64,000 bases of DNA from Tubiluchus corallicola (Eukaryota > Animalia > Priapulida). Location of the stretch: contig JAQGDQ010000096.1 of NCBI GenBank assembly GCA_030141605.1, positions 310,001 through 374,000 of the forward strand, given 5' to 3'. Numbering within the stretch: position 1 is the first letter of the stretch; each line of letters starts with the position of its first letter. Under the pieces are notes generated by a model. It saw only the letters and a list, made by a program, of their open reading frames with translations. It was not told the DNA's origin and searched no databases. A program made the translations under genes and the position numbers. This document shows, piece by piece, positions 12,101 to 21,760 of this stretch.

Positions 12101-15100
12101 AAATATTTAACGTCAGTCGTGCGTTAAGCTACGAATAATTTATGCAGTGCATAACTTTCACACAACCTCGCGAACACATTAAAGACGTCAACATGGTGAA
12201 GCACACTTTGCAAAATTTAACTTTTATTAGAGATTAAACTGGCAAGAAGGGAAAGTAAGAAAATATTATAGCACTAGTTGGCAGCGAATTTGCTCCTTAA
12301 TTCACGGTAAACACGAATTATAAAGATTGCTTCGCACTTTATTACAGAACCCCAAATCAGATGTGAAGCAGTTAAAGTAAAACCGGGAAGATCCGAATCA
12401 AAGCTTCGTCCCATCCCTAGTCATTATTCTTCCTCAGCAAAAGCAAAAGCTATTCTTACATTCTTTACATGTTTAGAACATTTTCTGGAAGCCCTGCTAC
12501 AGCTAACACACGTACGTATGTGTGTGTGTGGTACGCATGCATGCACATAAGTGTGGTAAGCTTGCATACTACAAACTAGGTGGTAAAATTGGAAATCTGA
12601 TAAAACTTAGGAAAAGTAAAAGTCACTAGCTGTCAACAAAACAACAAAAATTCCATTTGACTATAAAAATATAACAATAAAATACTTGCCATACGGCACA
12701 CCATATGAACCCGTTGCTGATTTTGCTGAAACAAATAAAACTAATATATAGACACATTTTAGCAAATCACAATGCCTGCTAGAAAAGAATTGCCAGCAAG
12801 AAATTCGCGCCATACATATTACATACAAGCTAAGCGGTATATCAGGAGTAGTACTAAACTAAGGAAATATGACGATCAAGCAACATTAAAACTTATATAA
12901 GAAACTAACAATCACTTGAATAACCAATACTTAAGACTACTGTATACTGGCTTGGACAATGCGGTAAATTCGGCAACCCAAAAGCCTCTACTTATACAAT
13001 AAAATAGAATTTTCAAGCTCATAACAGCTGCCAAAAAAATATGAACACGCAATTTAGTCCTTCGTACAATTGGGTTTAATAAAACTTCCTGATATTTATA
13101 CATCCGGAGTTATTCAAATTTAAGATGCTTATTGCCTGTATTTTCAATGACCATTTTGTATAAACAGGGAGCAGTTTACGAACACCTTGCTGAAACATCC
13201 TTTGAACAAAATTTAAAAATATTTTACCTGGTTCTAAACGAACATTTGATCGTGACGTACTACGGCTACTAGAGTTTCTACGAGGTCTGCTGCTTATTGC
13301 TTCTACATAAAGAAAGAGAAATATACTACAATATATATATAGAATTTTAAAAAATTCTACTAATTTCACTAGACTTTACTGCCAGTTCATAAGGCTATGA
13401 AGTTATGAACCACATTCTGCAACACAAATGAGTTACAGACCAATAATTAATGCCAGTGGTCAAGCACCAATTAATCTCTATCCACATATTACCAACAAAA
13501 TTATGATGTACATGCTATAAAATTGGTTAATTCACTTGTTAAAAAAGACAAATTACAAAGTTCGCAAGGTAAAAAATGTTACCTTGCATGTAGATCTTAC
13601 AACTATTTTGCTAAAAGATCCCTTTTAGCGAGAAACCATTGCACAGAGATGTTTTCAAAATTTAATAGATTTTTGTGAGTACATTAGCCAAAACCCTATT
13701 GTTACTGTTTGCTTTATAACGATAACGTTGCCCTTAAAGTTATCTCAAAAATACAGCTTCCTAAAACCAGTGCTCTAGGGATGATACTCTTTTAATGTCT
13801 GCAACATTCACTATGTGTAGAATTTGGGACATTCACATAACAATTGCTAGTTGAAAGAATATCATTACCTGGTGATTGTGACTGTTCAAAATCACGTTGG
13901 AGCATACGAGCTATGGAGGGTGTCGCATACGATGATCGTGCAGAACCAGGAGAACTGCGAATACTTCTTCGTGACATGTTTGGAATCATATTCTCATGTG
14001 TTTCTACACGTTCAGGTTTCCGGTAGCTTGGACTCTTGGCGTATAAGTAGTCTGTTTTGGGGGCTGATCTGGAATCATCAATCAATCTTGGTAAATTTTC
14101 GCTGTGTAACAAGTTTTAGGAATAATAACACTAGTTGAAAATTAAAATGCACTGATATTAGTAAATAGCGAAAGTTAAGAAAAATGTTGTTGTTTTTCTA
14201 ATTAAGACAAACAATTGTAGTAAAGTTTAGTAATCAGCATGAGTGATCCAAATTTGGTCTCGAAAATAAGAATAAGGCTGCACTACCAAAATTAAGCAAC
14301 CAGCAATCAACGACATGGTAAGACAATAAGGCATGAAGCTAAAAATCAATTAAATTATTTTTGTCAACACTGGTCATTAGAAACACTTTTAGCCATCACA
14401 GTGAAGTCACACCCACCACAAGAAAGTAAAAAATGTTTACCAATGCTATACATTTCAAATAACATAGCCTTTAAATACCAAAAACTCGTTAATAAATTTA
14501 TCGCAAAAAACAAATTGACCTATTTATGTGTGACATGAAGTAAAAAAGACAATTATGTTAGAATTACATAAGGAATGATTATAATGACTTACTCGTCAAA
14601 TGGCACATAGCTAATATTTGCGTTTATAAAACTGGATGTATATGGTGTAAAGGGAGACTTTGTCACAGCAGGATTAACTTGAGTAACTGTCACTTGCTGT
14701 GTAACATGTTCTTCTACATGTCGTAGAGTGGAACGCGATGGCAGCACTACTACAGGAACATCACTATGTCGACTGGATCTGCTGCTGGATCTACGTCTCC
14801 GACTTCTGAATACAACAGATAAATAGCACATTAAAAATTCATAACTAGATATCGGGATGCATAAAAAATCTCTTTGATCACAATATTATAAGTAGTGAAA
14901 TCGCTTGAAAGTTACTACACTGATGTTGCAGACACTTATACATCAATGCCAAAAATTATTGATCATTCCCTTAAATTTGCTCAAAGACACAGAAGTTTTA
15001 AATTCACAGCTCAAAAAGGGCCAGAAAAAATCTGTCACAATAGTTAAAATTTACAGCAAGTGTTCTATGTGTTCACCATTATTACTGCAAATTAGACGAA

Positions 15101-16840
15101 GTCATCTCTTCCAGTATATGACACAGTTTCTCACTTCCTTAAAGGAAAACCGGATAATTGTGTAAACACGAGTTCAGAATAAAGAATGGTCTAAAATACT
15201 GAAAATAGCTTATTTTAAATCAAAGCTTACATTAAATAATAATTCCCTCGGATACTCAAATTTCGTTAAACTTTCAAAGCTACGCGCGGCTCAGTGAATT
15301 TACTAAGATTGGCAGTGGTGCCTTTTTGTTACGTGCGCATAGCCAACAAATAGAAGGCGGTACCGTGATAACCACGATCATTAACTGCTGTGTTAATTTC
15401 ATGATGTCATATGATGTAAAGCCCATTTTTCGTGACATCATGCGTTTAAGCAGTACTGTAACACCTATGCAAACATGCTTGACGTGCAAGGGAAGACGCC
15501 TACCATTGCACAAACTGTGGTTAGTTTCTGACGTAAACAATAGCTGTGTTCAGTTGCTGTTAACTCTCTAAGCTAATTATTCAAACATAAGGAACAATTG
15601 TTAACTTTTATATGCAAGAAAATGTATATTTTGGACAGTAAATTAAAATGAGATTGAGTCTAAACAACCGTCCGGTCTTCCTTTAAGGGGCTTCTGGTCC
15701 CAGAATTCAACAGTTTTTGCCTTTAGTTCCTTTGCACCAAACGGCTCTGTGCAGCCATTGTGCACTTTCTTTTTGAGAGAATTCTGTATAGCGTAATCCA
15801 AATGATTAAGTTCCATTTTTTCTTGGCAACAAATTTTTATCAGTGATTTATTTTCTGTGGTAACCATGAGGTGAACTGGTTCATTTCTTTATTGTGATCC
15901 TCCCATCTATTTAGTACTTTATTCATCAATGTGGGTGCTTTTCAACTGATTACAACTGACATAATTCCGGCATTTAATTTTTTAACATAGAAAAGTTTTT
16001 TGCTGTAACTTAAGAACCAATAAAATTATAAACTTGCAACTCTCACAGCCAAAAATATTGTAATGTATTGTAATATCATGCTGGGAAATTTCTCAATGCA
16101 ATCTACCATCAAAACAGCTGTGCCTATAGCGATCATCACGGAATCTAAATTTTCAAGTTTTATAATTTATTTATTGACGATTTACAAGCCATACAATTAC
16201 AAAACATTACATAAACAATGCAGTACATTACAATGAAAAAAACTACACAGGCAAAACCACACAATCGGGGGATAATCACCAACATAACACACAATAAAAC
16301 ACAGTAATAATAATATTATAAAATATGTACAGCGTCGCTGTTAATACAAGTTCTGTGTGCAATAAGACAGTACGTATCTGACAAAAAATTTCAAGATGAA
16401 TTTTTCTAGCTTTATCTAAGTAAAGGATTTTCTTGTGCTTTGAGTATCATTCCTAGAGGTGTTGAAAGTTAAATTACTTGTGGTCTGTAAACACTGCCTT
16501 TTAAAAATGCCAACTGTTTTAACTATCGACAAATGTAGATTCCACATAACACAATTCCTGATATAAAAAATGCATACGAGGACCGCATGAATATGACGCC
16601 AAACTGCTGCTTTTGACCGTTAAAGCACCTCACAATAATTTTGTGGATAAATTTTTAAGCTTCCATTGTAACTAATGAACTTAGCATTTAATGAAATCGT
16701 TAAAAATTATCTATTATAAATTACCTAGCAGGTGCAGTTTCAGTGTAGGCACCTTCGCTCGCAGTATCTCGGACACGCAAACTATAACGTGTTGCACCTG
16801 CTGGCCCAACATTTGTTTCATATCCAGAATCTAAATCCAT
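20..16840 (-). CDS. SUN-domain protein (SUN1/SUN2/klaroid-like LINC complex component), 5' part; multi-exon, 3' end outside window
   Basis: 15 exons join in frame with AG acceptors and GT donors (one GC): 16840-16725, 14805-14593, 14101-13869, 13302-13228, 12725-12690, 11255-11163, 10492-10417, 10270-10199, 9431-9342, 5986-2606, 2227-2169, 1870-1779, 1395-1285, 466-377, 135-20. Product has an R/S-rich N-terminus, then IDAWMLSR-RHACCVWLPLLLIPLVLL (as I recall, similar to the pre-TM/TM segment of vertebrate SUN1), then coiled-coil-like sequence. The SUN domain is not seen, so the family call is inferred from architecture. Confidence 0.72.
377..466 (-). CDS. SUN-like gene exon (EAAIRKFIGEEVKVLHSQITSETKQANLQL)
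   Basis: ccccag acceptor, gtaagt donor, 90 nt, phase 0-0; within ORF 308..493. Confidence 0.8.
735..814. repeat. 36-bp tandem repeat, ~2.2 copies
   Basis: gttgcgtgatacagctacgcgtgagtggggtcagca followed by gttgcatgatacagctacatgtgtgtggggtcggca and gttgcgtg. Confidence 0.8.
1285..1395 (-). CDS. SUN-like gene exon (ETDKPVPPMEVQDLNDKLRIMILEMYNSQSSQLTSEQ)
   Basis: ttttcag acceptor, gtatgt donor, 111 nt, phase 0-0; within ORF 1222..1410. Confidence 0.8.
1779..1870 (-). CDS. SUN-like gene exon (GGYQVYENREQIIENLPVTPSLPKLPTFSLK)
   Basis: gtttag acceptor, gtactg donor, phase 1 to 0, bridges the flanking exons in frame. Confidence 0.7.
2169..2227 (-). CDS. SUN-like gene transmembrane exon (RHACCVWLPLLLIPLVLLT)
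   Basis: ttccag acceptor, gtgagt donor, phase 2 to 1; single hydrophobic helix. Confidence 0.8.
2606..5986 (-). CDS. Giant 3,381-nt exon of the SUN-like gene; ~1,127 aa of repeated hydrophobic segments with charged linkers
   Basis: Within the 1141-aa ORF 2602..6027; ttaatag acceptor before 5986, gtgag donor after 2606; length divisible by 3, phase 2-2, in frame with both neighbours. Confidence 0.85.
9342..9431 (-). CDS. SUN-like gene exon (PKEKVNSSTQTPLKAGSPNSQSQTSWSAV)
   Basis: ttactag acceptor, gtaagt donor, 90 nt, phase 2-2. Confidence 0.7.
10199..10270 (-). CDS. SUN-like gene exon (SFWQIFTKGVVTDRHGRVYPSSS)
   Basis: ttttag acceptor, gtaatt donor, 72 nt, phase 2-2. Confidence 0.7.
10417..10492 (-). 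CDS. SUN-like gene exon (KCFSWIWWMTGGSLVLAIDSWLLSR)
   Basis: ttgtag acceptor, gtaaat donor, phase 1 to 2; ends in the DxWLLSR motif also seen in the giant exon. Confidence 0.78.
10604..11018. mobile_element. Palindromic non-autonomous element with long inverted arms containing tRNA-like A/B boxes and a 3' short hairpin (Helentron/HINE-like layout); copy 1
   Basis: Arms ~10604-10770 and ~10830-10986 are reverse complements; minus-strand tagctcaactgg...ggttcaaatcc; tail ttagttgccagctaa-tttgagaa; related copy at 41157-41500. Confidence 0.7.
11163..11255 (-). CDS. SUN-like gene exon (ADVSSDEDAERPTTTSRTPESFSTRFYNFI)
   Basis: tttag acceptor, gtaagt donor, 93 nt, phase 1-1. Confidence 0.78.
11493..11668 (-). 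mobile_element. Degenerate inverted copy of the MITE at 57098-57309
   Basis: Starts taaagtggagtttat; cgaatagataaaatcaatttatatcattttcaataagcac approximates the reverse complement of the 57.2-kb core. Confidence 0.6.
11685..12419. mobile_element. Degenerate hAT-like MITE
   Basis: Left tatggggagggacgacgcttgatc vs right gaatcaaagcttcgtcccatcccta (rc tagggatgggacgaagctttgattc); internal ccaaaaccgaa repeats; TSD not convincing. Confidence 0.45.
12690..12725 (-). CDS. 36-nt micro-exon of the SUN-like gene with GC donor (AKSATGSYGVPY)
   Basis: tttgtttcag acceptor, G|gcaagt donor, phase 1-1, open frame. Confidence 0.55.
13228..13302 (-). CDS. SUN-like gene exon (EAISSRPRRNSSSRSTSRSNVRLEP)
   Basis: tatgtag acceptor, gtaaaa donor, 75 nt, phase 1-1; within ORF 13076..13369. 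Confidence 0.78.
13869..14101 (-). CDS. SUN-like gene exon (ENLPRLIDDSRSAP...RDFEQSQSP)
   Basis: acacag acceptor, gtaatg donor, phase 2 to 1; within ORF 13792..14112. Confidence 0.82.
14593..14805 (-). CDS. SUN-like gene exon (SRRRRSSSRSSRHSDVP...ISYVPFD)
   Basis: ttcag acceptor, gtaagt donor, 213 nt, phase 2-2; within ORF 14589..14831; NLS-like RRRR. Confidence 0.82.
15143..15682. mobile_element. Kolobok-like non-autonomous DNA transposon (MITE), 540 bp
   Basis: TTAA on both sides (15139-15142, 15683-15686); TIR aggaaaaccgga / tccggtcttcct; second copy at ~38400-38887. Confidence 0.7.
16725..16840 (-). CDS. Probable first coding exon of the SUN-like gene (MDLDSGYETNVGPAGATRYSLRVRDTASEGAYTETAPA)
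   Basis: aaaatcATG start, AG|gtaatt donor, phase 2 matches exon 14805-14593. Confidence 0.72.
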
Positions 16841-17119
16841 GATTTTCTCAATGGCAGTATTATGCAACAATTCCTTAGAAATTCATGCCTCTAACTAGAC
16901 GCGGTGAATTTTCTTCAAACTTAGTTTAAACCGGGAGTAAGAGTGAGTACAGCCTTACACTACAATAACAACAGGACTGTCATCAGTCACAGTTTCTGCC
17001 TATACGAAAGTACAGTATTATTTTGTATAAAAAACACGGTACACTCTTTACAGATAGTACGCGAAAATTAAGACCGAATTAAATCATTTTTCATATCATT
17101 GTCATTAACGACAATTTAA

Positions 17120-17240
17120 CACCAAGTCGCGTGATGGCGGCATGGAGTATTTATTGTCACCGGTTGAAACCCGTATGGGTATTGGGAATTGGGCCATTAT
17201 TATAGCGATGATTTCCGTCTTTCCTCGCGCTATCTACGAT
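17120..17240. promoter_or_regulatory. CpG-rich patch, candidate promoter/5' region of the SUN-like gene
   Basis: Local CpG enrichment ~300 nt upstream of the ATG, with YY1-like gatggcggc; inference only. Confidence 0.3.
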
Positions 17241-18892
17241 AACTATGGACAAGAAAAATTATCAGCTTTTGTGAAAAAATTTTCCTTGTGATACAAATCT
17301 CCTATTGTGTTAACTGAAGCATTTGCGTGAACATTTCGTCGATAGTCATTAATGCAGTTGTGTGGCAAGTATGAATGTCCACAATAACGTCTAAACATAA
17401 AATTAACAGGCTGCAACAGTAACTGTTCCTGTGTGAAAATCTCCATTAACACTGCACTAAAGACTTTTTTCATCATCACAGTTTACTTTAGTAAAGACGC
17501 ATTAACATTTAGTTTAAACATACTTAAATTAACTGTCCGTTTTCGTTTCAAAGGTTTTAATTATTTCATTTTAAAACTATAATCACGATTTCTACTTGTA
17601 GCTTCTGAAAAATAAACATGCTAAATCTTTGCGAAACATTTTATTTTGTTGCTTTTGCCTATGACGCACAGAGACGGTATGTTAATTAGTATTTTTACTA
17701 GTAACTTTTTGTTGCCATTTTGTTGCGCAAATGTGCAGGTTTGCTTGTTGCGCTTTTTTTCTTCTGCGCGTTTGTACCTTGCTCTTAGTATTAGCAATTT
17801 TTCTTTTTGTTCTTTTTCGTTTACCTGAAGGTAAGCTGTTGTAGTAATTGAAGACAGCGTGTTTTTTGTTTTTTAATTGCGAGATTGTTCAATTCAAGAA
17901 TTCCATTTTTTGAACCTGCATTCATTTTTTCTAGTTGTAGTTAAACCTCAAATAGCTGCTAACCTTGTTTGAAAAAATATCGAAAAGAGTATCACAAACT
18001 TACCAATCGCATGTCTACATTTCCTTTATACTCTTCAAACTCTCCTGTCATCAAACTGGGGGTGGCATTTGGGCGAGAACTAATATAATATGTAGATAAG
18101 ATAAATGAAAAAGCAACTGGTCGCTATCACAGCGCTCCCAACACCTCAGCAGGTGTGTAATCGCATTGTAAAAAATCGCTGTTAACAACCTCTTGGTCTT
18201 GTACCTCTACATGTATGTCTATTCGATAGGCATCTAATATCCTATAAAATAACTTTGTGCGATCTGACTTTCTAAACTGTCGAATTACCACACAGATTAT
18301 GTTATAAACACAAATAAAACGTCGTTGTATGTATTTGACGTCGCTGTACCTTATTATGGACTCCAAACAAGTTTGATTCAAACACGGTGCTGCTACAGTT
18401 CGTTATAATTTTTGGCTTCCGCAAAAACGTGTTTTTTCCTAGTTGGTTCACATTTGGTTGGCATTGTGTATCTTAATGTTTGCACGGCGTATTGTTCGTC
18501 AATTTATATTTTTTAATAAACGAGGTTCACAATTTTTGATCTCTAATGAACGTTATAACAATCTGTTACGAGGCAGAGTCCACAATCCATACCACTGTAT
18601 ACGTCTATTTCTTACACGACTTCATAGCAACGAAAATTTTTACCTGCTGTATTCTGCACACAATAGGACATTGAGTTTGAAACAATACGAAGCTCGTTCC
18701 TTTTAAAAACTGTTTACTACGAAAATTTCGTTATAATATACTTATAATTCTCTAGTATATAATTACTCACACAATACAAAATGAACGTAGACGGCATTAT
18801 TCGTTATTTTCCTTGGAATATTCTAAATCTACAGCATGATTGTGTATCGTCACATTATTTTCTAATTTTTGTTTTCTATTACATGTATTACC

Positions 18893-19030
18893 ATTCTTTT
18901 TTAACAAAATTGTAAATACACGGAACTCTTTACCAAGTCATGTTGTGGAAGCTGAGTCTGTGAGTGCTTTCAAAAGTAAAGACTTGACAAACACTTCAGA
19001 AACCAATCTATTTAATAAAGTAAAGTAAAA
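18893..19030 (+). mobile_element. CR1-clade LINE 3' remnant
   Basis: Translation FFNKIVNTRNSLPSHVVEAESVSAFKS matches the typical CR1 ORF2 C-terminal pattern (FF..RV...WNSLP..VVEA.SV..FK), followed by an A-rich tail. Confidence 0.6.
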
Positions 19031-19689
19031 TAAGTAAAGTAGAATATTTTGAGGAACTGTCAGTTTCAGTGAAAACGGAAGAAATATAATCTCATTACTC
19101 AAATTGTTTACACGGCCATAGCATTATTGAAAGAGGGAATATAACTGATAGTAGGATGACAAAATTTCCCCAAACTTCTTTAACATTTTTTTAATTGTCT
19201 GTTAATTGAAAAATTTAAGATCTCGAATCAAAAATCTGTTAAAAATCTAAAGAAACTCTTGCCCACACGCACACTGTGGCACACTGTGACATTTTAGTGC
19301 ACGAATTGTTGTTAAATGTATTATATAAAAATGACTTGGACTAAACTTAATGCGAACAATAAACTATACTACAACTGGCATCATGATTATACAGAAATGT
19401 ATGCACAAAAAAAAACAGATGCAGACAAAAAATTAAAAAAGGAGAATAATGCGTAAGCTCAGCCACAAGATTACCTCGCTTTAGCCTCAAGAAATTAATC
19501 AGTATAGAAACAATAATTCGAAAAAATATCAAATCTTCTGTCCAGAGACAGAAAAAGTCGCATTCAAACTAAACTGAAAATATAAACTAAGACTGAAACT
19601 TTACATGCTCAGATACCGATGACACATATCGTTGTAAAAAAGGTATTCTGCGCGTTGTAAAGGATGCTCACACAGGACAACCTCTCTAA

Positions 19690-19960
19690 TGGTCACTTAC
19701 GAGCTCGAGCGAAGCCAGAGTCAGCTTATACCTAGAATTTTTGCTCGACTCGCTGAGAGCCGGGAGTTCTGAGAATGGCGCACGTTTGCGTGAAGACGTC
19801 CCTAACATCGTGTATTCGTCGACTCATCGATTTTGAACTGATTTAAGAGAGGCGGCCCCCGCGTAAGACGATTACGTGACGCTTATGAGATCTGTATAAT
19901 GTGAGTAGACACTTGCGCATGTGCACAAGCACAAATCGAAGAACCGGCTATTTTGCTACT
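19690..19960 (+). promoter_or_regulatory. CpG-rich candidate promoter of the TARP/CACNG-like gene
   Basis: GC/CpG-dense island (cgcacgtttgcgtg, ggcggcccccgcg, ttacgtga, tgcgcatgtgca) just upstream of exon 1. Confidence 0.4.
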
Positions 19961-20308
19961 CAATTTGAAGACATTTAGAGTAGTCTGCAAAGTCCATTTA
20001 CAGTTTTAAACCTTATTGGATGGACTTCTGATAAATCTGCTGAGTTTTTACTGATCATACCATTCTGGGGTTTCGCTTAATCAGGAGCGACAACTCTGAA
20101 TCTCTGAAGTGCACAGCAAATTTTCTTATTGTTGAATTGATTGATTAAACGATATTGAAATTCATTTCGTGACTATTTGAGATTCATATTGCCTATATTG
20201 ATTTAGCTGCCTGGCTGCCGGAAAATGGCTGCAGCAGATGCTACTATTCGATTGTGCTGTGGTTGAAGATGTCACTGAAGCAACTCGGTAGTACAAAAAT
20301 TAGATGGT

Positions 20309-20600
20309 ATGCCAAGAGGGACAGTGGAGACAGCGTTTTTAACAGTAAAGTACTTGTTGGTGCTTCCCTGTGGTGAGGGTGAAGTTCCTCATAATTCGTC
20401 TACAATGGGCTTCACTCGCAGACGATGTTTAATGGTACTGACAGCCATTTTGTGCACAACGTCATGCGTCAGCTTAGGTTTATCCATTGTTACCGATGCC
20501 TGGCTGTATTCCATAGAGAAAATACCACACCCCACGAATATCACACAAGAAATCTTCAAGTATGCACAGTCGGGTTTTTTCCGTCTGTGCTACCAAGTAG
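20309..20600 (+). CDS. CACNG: TARP/CACNG-like exon 1 (likely start MGFTRRR at 20405; TM1 and ECL1)
   Basis: TM1 LMVLTAILCTTSCVSLGLSIVTDAWLYS; G|gtaagt donor. Confidence 0.9.
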
Positions 20601-21316
20601 GTAAGTAATCAAAGGATTTACATTAGAAGAACGTTGTTGTTGTTGTTTTATCTTAAATTTTCTATTAGTTCAATAAACATGACAACATTCATAATGTAAA
20701 ATCTCCTGTGGTGGTTTAAGATTATTGCGACTATCAATGTGGCGTCGTCTATTGACAATAAAGAGCGAATCTTATGCAACTGCTGATTCAGTCAGGTCTA
20801 GCTATATTTTTTCATCTTTTCTATGATTTTAAATCAAATCTGTTAAAAGTTATTATGCATATTAGGATACAGTTACTGTTGCCACTCTTTGGTAGTGGTT
20901 GTTGTCGTCTTGCCGAAATGGTAGTGGCGGTGGCGACTGGCGAACTTGATGTTACTAACTTAATAGTCCTGCCATTGCTCCTGCGCTGCAGTAAATTGAT
21001 GCTGCCATATTGTCATCGCTGCTGCCACTTAAGTTGATAATGCCGCATTGACACCACTGTTATCGCTATTGCTATTGCTGCTGTAAAATGATACTGCCGC
21101 ACTGCTACTGCTGCTATTACCGTTGCTCTATAAGTTGGTGCTACTGCAATGCCACTGCTGCTATAACAATTGTCGCTGTTGCTCATTGTTGATAAAGCTG
21201 CATTGCTGTCACTACCACTGCCATAACGTTTACTGCTTTAAGTTGATACTGCCACATTGCCTTTGCTGTAGCCGCTCTAAATTGATAATACTGCATAGCC
21301 GTAATTGTCAACGCCA

Positions 21317-21356
<40 letters not shown>

Positions 21357-21696
21357 AAGTTGATAATGCTGCATAGCCGTCTTGCTGATGTCACTTTTAA
21401 ACTTGGACAATTTTAAACTTTGGCTTAAACAAGTCGGAAAAATCTCGTTAAGTCAGCACTGGCGACAACAAATAAATAATAACACCAGTCATTAATTTTT
21501 ACAAGCTTGCAGCGACTACAGATACCTTAAAGTTCACCTTCATTATAACGTCCGACCTTGTATGGTTTCAAGGTGATCGTCTCTCTTTTTCTTTATATCA
21601 CTATGCGCTAACAATAGCACAGGTGAAAATAAACGGATTCACACAGTATATAAGCTAAATTTCCTACATGCTAAGAAGAAATGCAACAGATTAACT

Positions 21697-21760
<64 letters not shown>

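Noticed and set aside
21123-21416. Cys-rich metallothionein-like ORF and antisense poly-Ala ORF
   Set aside because: Produced by CTG-rich degenerate repeats in intron 1 of the TARP gene
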